Source: Candidatus Aenigmatarchaeota archaeon (GTDB taxonomy: Archaea; Aenigmatarchaeota; Aenigmatarchaeia; GW2011-AR5). From it: DNA of 27,187 nt. The stretch lies in the NCBI GenBank assembly GCA_043799385.1, contig JAZDNV010000027.1, positions 1-27,187 of the forward strand, read 5' to 3'. Below are positions 1 through 7,312 of this stretch, piece after piece. The stretch's first letter is position 1. The number at the start of each line of letters is the position of its first letter. The notes below the pieces were generated by a model. The model saw nothing but the letters and a program-made list of their open reading frames with translations, did no database searches and had not been told where the DNA came from. The translations under genes and the position numbers were made by a program.

Positions 1-152
1 TTATATTCATCGTCAGAAAAGCCAGAATTGATGCCTGCTCCAAACTCGACAAAAACGGTATGGCCGGCGTTCACCAAAGCCTTGACACCGTTTGGGGTCA
101 AGCCAACCCGGTTCTCGCCGGTTTTTATCTCTTTAACAGTCCCGACATTCAT
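1..152 (-). CDS. ald: Alanine dehydrogenase, N-terminal part (runs off the left edge of the window)
   Basis: Not in the ORF track. Manual translation from ATG at 152 gives [50 protein letters not shown], the typical AlaDH/PNT N-terminus (KEIK..E.RV.LTP..V..L...GH.V.VE.GAG..SGF.D.EY). Confidence 0.88.
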   Translation of the reverse strand, partial: MNVGTVKEIKTGENRVGLTPNGVKALVNAGHTVFVEFGAGINSGFSDDEY

Positions 153-270
153 CTTTTTATTTTGGTTTCGGTTATATAAAAAAGTTTGTATCATATTTTT
201 TAAAAATTTTAGCCAATAAAGTATGAAATTGATTTTTAAGATTCTTTAACTTTCTGCACCAACGTTAATT

Positions 271-912
271 ATGAAAATCTTATCGCTGATATCCGGCGGG
301 ATTGACTCGCCTGTCGCTGCGGCAATGCTCGCGAGAAAACACGAGGTGATATTATTGCATTTCTACCTTTACCCGTATTATGTGAAAGAGTCGCTGTTCC
401 TGACCGTAGACGCGATGAAAAGGCTGGAGAAATTTGGAATCAAAAAAGTTATTATATTTCCATGGAAAGAGGTATTCGATGCAATGGGGCGCGGCGGAAA
501 ATACAGATGCGTCTTATGCAAGAAGTCGATGTTCAAGGCCGCGGAGCTCGTGTGCAAAAAAGAGAAGGCGAGCGCGATTGCCACTGGCGAGGCGCTCGCA
601 CAAAAGGCGAGCCAGACGCTTGACAACCTTTATGCAACGAGCTATGGAATCAAGGTGCCTATACATCGTCCGTTGCTTGGACTTGACAAAAATGAGATTA
701 TAGAAATATCAAGGAAATTCGGATTGTTTTCCGAGAAGCATGCCGGCTGCTGCAAGGTTATCCCGTACATGCCGTCAACCAAGGCTGATGCGATGATGAT
801 AAACGGCTTGTACAAAGAATTGAAATTGCAGAAAATCATCGAGAAGAACCTCAAAAAAACCGTTGAAGTAAAAATTGAAAAGCTGGACTACACGATAACC
901 GATAGACTATGA
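271..912 (+). CDS. thiI: ThiI-like tRNA sulfurtransferase, catalytic PP-loop domain only (no N-terminal THUMP domain)
   Basis: SGGIDSPVAA PP-loop at the very N-terminus, CVLC, TGEALAQKASQTLDNL, RPLLGLDKNEII and GCC motifs. Confidence 0.8.
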   Translation: MKILSLISGGIDSPVAAAMLARKHEVILLHFYLYPYYVKESLFLTVDAMKRLEKFGIKKVIIFPWKEVFDAMGRGGKYRCVLCKKSMFKAAELVCKKEKASAIATGEALAQKASQTLDNLYATSYGIKVPIHRPLLGLDKNEIIEISRKFGLFSEKHAGCCKVIPYMPSTKADAMMINGLYKELKLQKIIEKNLKKTVEVKIEKLDYTITDRL

Positions 913-917
913 CATGT

Positions 918-1005
918 AGCTTTGCACAAAAACCAGGCTATCGTCACAGAGACGATAGCCTACCATCGATGGACATCTCGCGGCGTTCACTTTTTGTGCA
1001 AAGCT
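918..1005. mobile_element. MITE-like element, copy 1 (88 bp)
   Basis: TIR AGCTTTGCACAAAAA / TTTTTGTGCAAAGCT; perfect 9 bp flanking direct repeat ATGACATGT (909-917 and 1006-1014); internal hairpin AGGCTATCGTC-ACAGA-GACGATAGCCT. Confidence 0.85.
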
Positions 1006-1609
1006 ATGACATGTGCATTTTCTCCCAGCTGTTGAATTCGTCATCGCTGATTCTAGTTTTCTTTTCACGCTGTTCTAAAAAATTTTTCCTTATCGCTAAT
1101 CCAACGACTATACCGAATGCCAACCCGAAAAGATGCGCGATATGGGCAACGTCGGTTGGTGAAAAGGTACCGAGCAGGTCTATCATTGCCCAGAAGCCTG
1201 CGGCAACTACCATGGGCATCGGCGCGCCGTAAACCCAGACAACCATTCTCGGTCTTATTGCAGCTAAGCACCCCATAACGCCAAATATCGCGCCGGACGC
1301 GCCTAACACGGATTTATAGAATAACGCAGCGCCAACGCCTGCGATAATACCGGATAAAAAGAATATTATCAGAAATTTTCGGCCACCGATGATTTTTTCG
1401 AGTATTGAGCCGAACAATGCAAGCGCAAAGATATTCGACAGCAGATGCTCTGCACTACCATGCAGAAATATCGAAGTGAGCAGAATCCAGGGCCGTAGCA
1501 GAACGTCTGCTGAAACAAGAACGAAATCGTCTGTTATCTGCGGCGTTTGCAAGATGAATATAGCTATGCAGAGAATTGACAGCTTTATGGCATACCACTG
1601 GAACTTCAT
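1004..1609 (-). CDS. Rhomboid-family intramembrane serine protease
   Basis: PW.LLTSIFLH...HLLSN, GASG catalytic Ser motif, AHLFG catalytic His, several TM helices. Confidence 0.93.
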   Translation of the reverse strand: MKFQWYAIKLSILCIAIFILQTPQITDDFVLVSADVLLRPWILLTSIFLHGSAEHLLSNIFALALFGSILEKIIGGRKFLIIFFLSGIIAGVGAALFYKSVLGASGAIFGVMGCLAAIRPRMVVWVYGAPMPMVVAAGFWAMIDLLGTFSPTDVAHIAHLFGLAFGIVVGLAIRKNFLEQREKKTRISDDEFNSWEKMHMS

Positions 1610-1640
1610 TTAAAATAAATGATTGGAAAGAATAAAAACG

Positions 1641-1832
1641 CTACTTCATATCCTTTATTGTTATCGCGTTGGCCGGGCAGATTTCTGCTGCTTCCTTGTT
1701 GCAGCCGACATCATTCAACATTGTCTTCTTCGGGCATGCCTTGGTGCCCTTCATCTCCCAGTTGGCGCAAACTGACGTGCACGAACCGCAGCCGATGCAC
1801 GCATTCTTGTTGAACTCTATCTTGTAATTCAT
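1641..1832 (-). CDS. Ferredoxin (single Fe-S cluster type)
   Basis: CIGCGSC...C and C-terminal CPANAI in a 63 aa protein. Confidence 0.9.
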   Translation of the reverse strand: MNYKIEFNKNACIGCGSCTSVCANWEMKGTKACPKKTMLNDVGCNKEAAEICPANAITIKDMK

Positions 1833-2077
1833 TTTACTGCCTCGTTCATCGCTTTCAGCATTTCTTTTAACTGCTTATCGTTCATGCCATGAGACATCGC
1901 TCCACCTTCAACTGTCTCAAAAAAAGCGACATGGCAGCCAATGCAGTGAAGCCCGTGCTTCATCATAATTTCTGCTGCTTTAGGATATTTCTCGACGACC
2001 TCGCCAAGCATCATGTCTTTTGTTATTTTTTCTTTTTTTGCTTCGCTCTTTGAAGTTTTTTCCTTTTTCATAATCAT
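1829..2077 (-). CDS. DUF1858-type small redox-disulfide protein
   Basis: ITKDM.LGEVVEKYP......M.HGLHCIGC....FETVE.GA..HG pattern. Confidence 0.85.
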   Translation of the reverse strand: MIMKKEKTSKSEAKKEKITKDMMLGEVVEKYPKAAEIMMKHGLHCIGCHVAFFETVEGGAMSHGMNDKQLKEMLKAMNEAVK

Positions 2078-2604
2078 TATTTCTTAATGTCTTCGACAAC
2101 GATTTTGCAGGTTGTCGGCAGCTTATATTTAGCCTGCTTCAAAGCTAACTTCGCTGTTTTTATACAGTTGCTGTTTACGCGTATCTCGATTATTTTCTGG
2201 CCTTCATGAACCTGCGCGGCTGTGGACATAGGTTTGCCGAAGCTCTGTCTCATTCCCTGCTGGAAACGGTCAGCACCGGCGCCCGTAGCGAGTGCGTTCT
2301 CGCGCAAAACATGGTGAGGAAAGACTCGGATTTTGAAGAAAAAAGAATTGCCTTTTCCTATGTTCTTCTCCAGCGTCTGGACTGCCGATACGCGAGCTGC
2401 TTCCAATGAATTGTGGCGAATCTGCACATCCTCGTTGGACACAAGAAATATCGCGTTATCGTAAACCTGCTTCTTGCCTAATTCGAACTCCGTGAGCTTT
2501 GGCTTAGGCACTCCTTTTACGTAGCCCTTTCTAGGGACATGAATCGATACTCTAGTGTAAGGCCTGTGATGCCTTCTGTAACATCTTCCTGGTCTAAGTG
2601 CCAT
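2077..2604 (-). CDS. rpl10e: 50S ribosomal protein uL16 (L10e)
   Basis: MALRPGRCYR, QIRHNSLEAAR, RVFPHHVLREN...GAGADR...GMRQSFGKP. Confidence 0.97.
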   Translation of the reverse strand: MALRPGRCYRRHHRPYTRVSIHVPRKGYVKGVPKPKLTEFELGKKQVYDNAIFLVSNEDVQIRHNSLEAARVSAVQTLEKNIGKGNSFFFKIRVFPHHVLRENALATGAGADRFQQGMRQSFGKPMSTAAQVHEGQKIIEIRVNSNCIKTAKLALKQAKYKLPTTCKIVVEDIKK

Positions 2605-2650
2605 AATATCACATAACTAACGTTTTGAAAGATTCTTAAGCTTAATCATG

Positions 2651-2738
2651 AGCTTTGCATAAAAACTAGGCTATCATTGCAGAGATGATAGCCTACAATC
2701 GATGTACATCTCGCGGCGTTCACTTTTTGTGCAAAGCT
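2651..2738. mobile_element. MITE-like element, copy 2 (88 bp)
   Basis: TIR AGCTTTGCATAAAAA / TTTTTGTGCAAAGCT; flanks TTAATCATG (2642-2650) and TTAATCATT (2739-2747), 8/9 match; hairpin AGGCTATCATT-GCAGA-GATGATAGCCT. Confidence 0.85.
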
Positions 2739-2752
2739 TTAATCATTGCGCG

Positions 2753-3952
2753 TTAGTATTTTTCATTCAGAACAAACCTGAACAGCAGCGGCGTAAGTAT
2801 TATTGTAACCAGAACAAAGCCTATTACGACTGTATATAATTGCTGACTTATGATGCCCATTACAAGAGCGATTTGTGCAATGGCGATGTTATAGCAGCCG
2901 CGAGGTATCATTCCTACACCAATCATCATCTTCTCTTTTCCATGATAACCGAAGAAGCCTGATAAAACACCGGAACCTACATATTTTGCAACGACTCCTA
3001 ATGCGACTAGTGCCATTATCACCCAGAAGAAGTTGAAAAACGCAGCGACGTCAACGAATATTGCAGAATACGCAAAATAGAGCGGTATCAAAAAGCCATA
3101 GCCTATGGATTTCATCTTCGGCAGTATGACAGGCTCTGCAAACTGGCTCTTGGACATTGCCATGCCTGCCAGGAACGCTCCGGCTATGTAACCTAAACCA
3201 ATATTCTCGCTTAACGCGGAGAAGATGAACAAGAGAAATATAGACACGGCAAGAAGGATTTCTTCGTCCATGAAATACCTAGTCGAGCTCAATGCTCTGT
3301 TTACTATCTTCGAGCCGACAGTAGAAATCAGGAATATGAAACCGATTATCAATAACAGCAACTTGAACAGCTCGTCGAATATAACCGTGTGGTTCTTGGA
3401 ATACATCATCAGCGCTGAGAACGCCAGTACTGCGAAAATCGTGTCAGCTAGATTAGCAGCCATCAGCATCTTTCCGCCCCTTGAATGATATATTCCTTTT
3501 TCAGATATCACGCGTATAGCCACCGACGTGCTTGTCGACAGTATGAGAACGCCTATTATAAAGCCGGTGACGATGCCGGAAGAAGCAATGGCAGAACCGG
3601 CATTGATATCCGGCAAGGCGACACCGAACGCTATGCCAAATACCAGGGAGAGCGCACAGCCGACAACGCCGATGTAGCACGCTGGGTAGACGATGTCTTT
3701 TATATCGTCAAAAGTTGTCGACAAACCTATCAGGAACATCAGAAAGACCACGCCGAGCGTTGCAATATAACCTAGCGACTCGTAAGGCGTTATTATATGC
3801 AGAATTGCGCCTAGAAGCACGCCGGCCAAAACTTCGCCTACTAGCGGGGTAAGGCTGAGCCTGTCTGTAATCTCGCCGAGTATCTTTGCGCCAACGAGCA
3901 GAATTCCTATATCAAACAGCAATTTAACTATCATAATCACATCGCTATCCAA
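2753..3952 (-). CDS. Cation:proton antiporter (CPA2 / NapA-Kef family)
   Basis: About 12 TM helices; GEVLAGVLLG, LGVVFLMFLIGL, TSTSV, GAFLAG, GMIPRG motifs. The TTG start is uncertain. Confidence 0.9.
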   Translation of the reverse strand: MDSDVIMIVKLLFDIGILLVGAKILGEITDRLSLTPLVGEVLAGVLLGAILHIITPYESLGYIATLGVVFLMFLIGLSTTFDDIKDIVYPACYIGVVGCALSLVFGIAFGVALPDINAGSAIASSGIVTGFIIGVLILSTSTSVAIRVISEKGIYHSRGGKMLMAANLADTIFAVLAFSALMMYSKNHTVIFDELFKLLLLIIGFIFLISTVGSKIVNRALSSTRYFMDEEILLAVSIFLLFIFSALSENIGLGYIAGAFLAGMAMSKSQFAEPVILPKMKSIGYGFLIPLYFAYSAIFVDVAAFFNFFWVIMALVALGVVAKYVGSGVLSGFFGYHGKEKMMIGVGMIPRGCYNIAIAQIALVMGIISQQLYTVVIGFVLVTIILTPLLFRFVLNEKY

Positions 3953-4021
3953 CTATAAACTTAAAGATAATTGTGCTGGAGACTATAAAATAATAATAGA
4001 AGTAGAGCGCCGAGAGCAGGA

Positions 4022-4083
4022 GTTTCCAAACCTTTCCTCTTAGCTTTCTTTTCCCAAGGCTTTTCTTTCTAAGAAAAGGCTTT
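4022..4083 (-). other. tRNA intron in the T-loop (position ~59/60, 62 nt)
   Basis: Relaxed BHB: central helix TTCA/GGAA (one mismatch), bulges AAA and ACT; splicing restores the T-loop TTCAAAT. Confidence 0.8.
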
Positions 4084-4132
4084 TTTGAACCTGCGCGAGC
4101 GTAATGCTCACATGCTTTCCAGGCATGCGCGT

Positions 4133-4183
4133 ATAGTCCTAATCCTTCTTTTGATTAATCTTTTCTTTTAAGAAAAGATTAGT
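4133..4183 (-). other. tRNA intron in the D-loop (position ~21/22, 51 nt)
   Basis: BHB-like: central helix GGTC/GACT, bulges CAA and ATA, intron helix CTAATC/GATTAG; splicing restores the D arm GCGG-AGCTTGGTCCA-ACGC. Confidence 0.8.
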
Positions 4184-4262
4184 TGGACCAAGCTCCGCCA
4201 TCTCGGCATCTATAATATCAACTTTCTTTCCTGCTAGACTTAAAAGCATTTAGTCTTGAGAA

Positions 4263-4430
4263 TCAGAACTTCTCCGCGTCCTCGATTAGCATGTCTGGGA
4301 TGTCGCCGTCCAAGACCTTGTAACGCAGGCGGCATTTCTTGCACAGCAGAATATTCTTCTTCTTATCATAATCGACGTCTCCCTTGCACTTCGGGCAGGC
4401 AAGTATGTCGAGCAATTCTTTTTTGAGCAT
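4263..4430 (-). CDS. Trm112-family methyltransferase activator (55 aa zinc-binding protein)
   Basis: Below the ORF-track cutoff. Manual translation MLKKELLDILACPKCKGDVDYDKKKNILLCKKCRLRYKVLDGDIPDMLIEDAEKF shows the LL.ILACP.CK...L.C..C...Y....IP.ML signature. Confidence 0.9.
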   Translation of the reverse strand: MLKKELLDILACPKCKGDVDYDKKKNILLCKKCRLRYKVLDGDIPDMLIEDAEKF

Positions 4431-4461
4431 ATTATTTCATCTGCTTCAATTCTTAAAAACC

Positions 4462-5217
4462 TTATTCTGTGACTTTTATGTCCCATTTTTTCAAAAATTT
4501 GTCAACATCGAGACCTTTTTCAAGTATGAAAGTTATCGCATCCGCAATGCTAGCAGCAGGGCGCTCTGATAATGATTTTATTATAACAGAATAGTTGGCC
4601 CTGTATTGGTCTTTTTCAACCGTCTCTAATGCCTTATAGAACTTCGTTGCCAAGCCGTCTACGCCTGATATTTCTTGGACAATATTAACAAAACCAGCAA
4701 AAAGTTTCCTTTCCTGCCAGTTAGGACTTTTTCCCAAAATGTATCTTACGTTGCTGTCGAATTCGCTACTCTTCATTGTATCGAATGCTTGCTTTAGCGG
4801 TTCTAGCTCTGGATAGGAGAATAATTCGTCCAGAGCGCCTTTGTAATAATCGGTTCGCTCTGGTTCTTTTGCTGCCCTGATAACATCATCAGGAGCTGAT
4901 TTCCTTCCATTCTCCTCTAGTATGTCGTAAAACTTCGACGTTTCTGATGGAGTGAGATATACACGGCCGTCCATTAATCTTCCTAATCTGCTTCTTCTGG
5001 CAAGACTACGCAGATAGTCTATGTTATAACCTACAAATCCCTGAATGTCTTCGAGCGTTGAATATTCGCGAAGCTTCACCCCGATTTCTTTCAATTGCTC
5101 ATCTGTTATACGATTGTCTTTTATTTTTATCCCGAACTCTTCTGCAAAATCCTTAGAACCACGCGTCAGTTTCGTTCCCAGCATCTTCGAAGCCTCAGCA
5201 ATAGAGTAGTCAGCCAT
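4462..5217 (-). CDS. Hypothetical protein, possibly with tandem N-terminal HTH-like repeats
   Basis: 251 aa ORF co-oriented with its neighbours; YSIAEASKMLG and YSTLEDIQGFVGYNIDYLRSLARR resemble Xis/MerR-type HTH starts. Function not recognised. Confidence 0.6.
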   Translation of the reverse strand: MADYSIAEASKMLGTKLTRGSKDFAEEFGIKIKDNRITDEQLKEIGVKLREYSTLEDIQGFVGYNIDYLRSLARRSRLGRLMDGRVYLTPSETSKFYDILEENGRKSAPDDVIRAAKEPERTDYYKGALDELFSYPELEPLKQAFDTMKSSEFDSNVRYILGKSPNWQERKLFAGFVNIVQEISGVDGLATKFYKALETVEKDQYRANYSVIIKSLSERPAASIADAITFILEKGLDVDKFLKKWDIKVTE

Positions 5218-5255
5218 ACGCCTATCAATATGGAAAAGTTTTAATTGGTTAGAAA

Positions 5256-6440
5256 TCAGTGGTGAGAGAAAGTCCTCTCTCCAGTAAGCACCATCGCTAT
5301 GCCGTATTTGTTTGCAGCTTCTATTGATTCTTTGTCCTTGATAGAGCCGCCTGTTTGCGCGACTGCTTTAATATCTCTTGGAGCAATAGCATCTACAGAA
5401 TCAGGTTCAGGGAACAATGCCTCGGATGCAAGAACACTACCTTTAGTAGAATAATCAAAGATTTTATTTCTTTCGAATGCTATATCCTGTTTCACAGCTG
5501 CTGTATTGAAATCGTCGATCTTTCTTATGCTATCTACGACAGAATAGACTCTTGCCTGTTTGCCAGTTCCAGGGCTTATCAGTACGCCGTCCTTTACTAT
5601 CGCTGTTGCATTAGACCTCAAAACCGCCGCAGCATACCAAGCGAACCTTAAATCCGACAACTCTTTTCCAGTTGGAGCTCTTTCAGTAACCACGCCTAAA
5701 CCTGTAAGTTTTTCACCGTTGCTTCTTGTGTATTCTTTTGCCAAGAAGTCGTCAGGTTTCCTTATCCTTGATAAAAACCTATCCTCAAACGATAGCATGC
5801 CATCAATACCGCCTTGTGCCTTTATGACAGGTGCCGCCATGTCACCATCGTATTTCGGCATACTTTCAAGACCCTTGTACAGAAGCGCACGCAAATCAGG
5901 CCTTTTATCCAATTCAGCCATAGCTCCCTGTTCATATTCAGGGGCTGCAACAACTTCTATGAAATATTTTGTTTTATCATTTGATTTCTCAACCATCAAT
6001 TGCGCTAACTCTTTGGTAACAGGCTTATTGAATCCGACTACTCCGCCGAATGCAGAAACAAAATCGCAGTACCATGCCCTCATAAATGCCTTTTCTAAAT
6101 CATCGCTGACTGCTGCGCCACAAGGGTTTTCGTGCTTCATCACTACGCATGTTGGCTCATCCATATACTTGAGCAACTCAGCTGCCCAAAAAGAGTCTTC
6201 TATATTAGTCAGCGAGAAACCGCCTTTCCCTGATTTGACGGATTCAACGCGGAAATCATAATCAGCGGGAACAAGCAATGTAAAAAGTTGGTGCGGGTTC
6301 GTTCCGTATCTCTCTGGTATCATTGCATGGACATAATCCACCTTATTTTTTGTTCCGTCCTGGTATTCTATTTCTATCGTTAAGTGCGTGGGTTTGTTGC
6401 CCTGTAACGGTCTTCTGTACTGCTGTTTTATCTCAGTCAT
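5256..6440 (-). CDS. purH: AICAR transformylase (PurH C-terminal domain only, no N-terminal IMP cyclohydrolase domain)
   Basis: RYGTNPHQ, MKHENPCG, SAFGGVV, FIEVVAAP, LRSNA, ASEALFP, QTGGSIKD and terminal RTFSH motifs. Confidence 0.88.
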   Translation of the reverse strand: MTEIKQQYRRPLQGNKPTHLTIEIEYQDGTKNKVDYVHAMIPERYGTNPHQLFTLLVPADYDFRVESVKSGKGGFSLTNIEDSFWAAELLKYMDEPTCVVMKHENPCGAAVSDDLEKAFMRAWYCDFVSAFGGVVGFNKPVTKELAQLMVEKSNDKTKYFIEVVAAPEYEQGAMAELDKRPDLRALLYKGLESMPKYDGDMAAPVIKAQGGIDGMLSFEDRFLSRIRKPDDFLAKEYTRSNGEKLTGLGVVTERAPTGKELSDLRFAWYAAAVLRSNATAIVKDGVLISPGTGKQARVYSVVDSIRKIDDFNTAAVKQDIAFERNKIFDYSTKGSVLASEALFPEPDSVDAIAPRDIKAVAQTGGSIKDKESIEAANKYGIAMVLTGERTFSHH

Positions 6441-7232
6441 TTAATCGCCATGAAGGTTTCTTACTGCAAGCTCCCACTTTCCGTTAACAGGTTTAGTGAG
6501 TATCGCTGCTGCGGTGCAGACAATAAATTCCTTATCCATCCAGTCAAATAAGTCATCGGCCAATCGCTGTGCGGTCTTTCCCTCAGCCGGAAGTTCTAGC
6601 AACTTTGGCTCGTGGTTTATCACGATATCTCTTGGCGAAGCAGGGTTACCTGCGTATGTCGATATTCCTTCTATGCTGCCTGATTGATACGACGACCCTA
6701 AAATTTCAACTTCGCTTGGCCTTGATATTATGCCTAATGGCATTCCACAGTAATCTACTAAACCCCCTATCCTAGGCGTATATGGCGTTCTGTTTGGTCC
6801 GTCTAGTTCAGGACCAAATTTTTTTAAAACTCCGTGCAAATCATTGGTATTCAATATATCTTCTGTGTGCACACCATTACTTACAACTGCTATACTTTTC
6901 TTGACCTTGATTCCATTATAGAAAATGAACTCTTCTCCCTTTATCTGGTCTTCAAGCGTTTTCTTTTCAATCTCGTTCAGTTCCTTGACCAACAGTGAGA
7001 CATTCTGATACGGAATACTACCGCTAAGATAACCTTTTATTAAGTTCTTCTCTGCATTGGAGATTTTATCATACGGCTTTCTTGTAAGAGAGGAGCCTAT
7101 AAAAATCCTTGACTCATATTTATGTGCTATTCTTGCCTTGCTTGAATCGCTTCGACCAGAAACAGCATAAACGCAAACGGGCTTGCCTTCTTTTGTAAAA
7201 CCAACCCCGACTATTCTCCCAAGATAGACCAT
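6441..7232 (-). CDS. purO: Archaeal-type IMP cyclohydrolase (PurO family)
   Basis: MVYLGRIVGVG, YAVSGRS, FYNGI, VVSNGVHT, YTPRIGG, STY motifs. Start moved to ATG 7232 because the upstream 21 codons are AT-rich and promoter-like. Confidence 0.8.
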   Translation of the reverse strand: MVYLGRIVGVGFTKEGKPVCVYAVSGRSDSSKARIAHKYESRIFIGSSLTRKPYDKISNAEKNLIKGYLSGSIPYQNVSLLVKELNEIEKKTLEDQIKGEEFIFYNGIKVKKSIAVVSNGVHTEDILNTNDLHGVLKKFGPELDGPNRTPYTPRIGGLVDYCGMPLGIISRPSEVEILGSSYQSGSIEGISTYAGNPASPRDIVINHEPKLLELPAEGKTAQRLADDLFDWMDKEFIVCTAAAILTKPVNGKWELAVRNLHGD

Positions 7233-7312
7233 GTTACTTTTTTGTAAAAGGTTATTTATAAAATTGATGCAAAAATTTATCAGATTGTAATTCATCTGTA
7301 ATGCTGCTGTGG

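Larger units (their letters stand above)
4008..4207 (-). tRNA. tRNA-Ser(GGA) with two non-canonical introns; CCA not encoded
   Basis: Acceptor stem GCCGAGA/TCTCGGC plus discriminator G; anticodon arm GCATGC-CTGGAAA-GCATGT (GGA at 4120-4118); long variable arm GAGC-ATTAC-GCTC; T arm GCAGG-TTCAAA[intron]T-CCTGC. Removing 51 and 62 nt introns leaves an 87 nt tRNA. Confidence 0.9.

Noticed and set aside
28..219. Track ORF 28..219 (+)
   Set aside because: Antisense to the alanine dehydrogenase 5' end on the minus strand.
909..1232. Track ORF 909..1232 (+) as a gene or transposase of the element
   Set aside because: It reads through the non-coding repeat and antisense to the rhomboid gene, has no recognisable motif, and the other copies have no equivalent ORF.
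4022..4183. T-rich hairpins near 4050-4180 as intrinsic terminators or MITE copies
   Set aside because: They lie inside a tRNA body, are bounded by BHB-like motifs and share no sequence with the TIR element.
4286..4486. Track ORF 4286..4486 (-)
   Set aside because: Wrong frame; the Trm112-like gene at 4263..4430 explains the region.
5560..6261. Long antisense ORFs (e.g. 5560..6261, 16046..16588, 19959..20708, 21068..21598, 25475..26020)
   Set aside because: Shadow frames opposite well-supported genes, with no recognisable motifs.
4208..7312. Integrated provirus or island at tRNA-Ser
   Set aside because: No integrase, no duplicated tRNA 3' end and no viral genes seen; these genes also lie on the 5' side of the tRNA.
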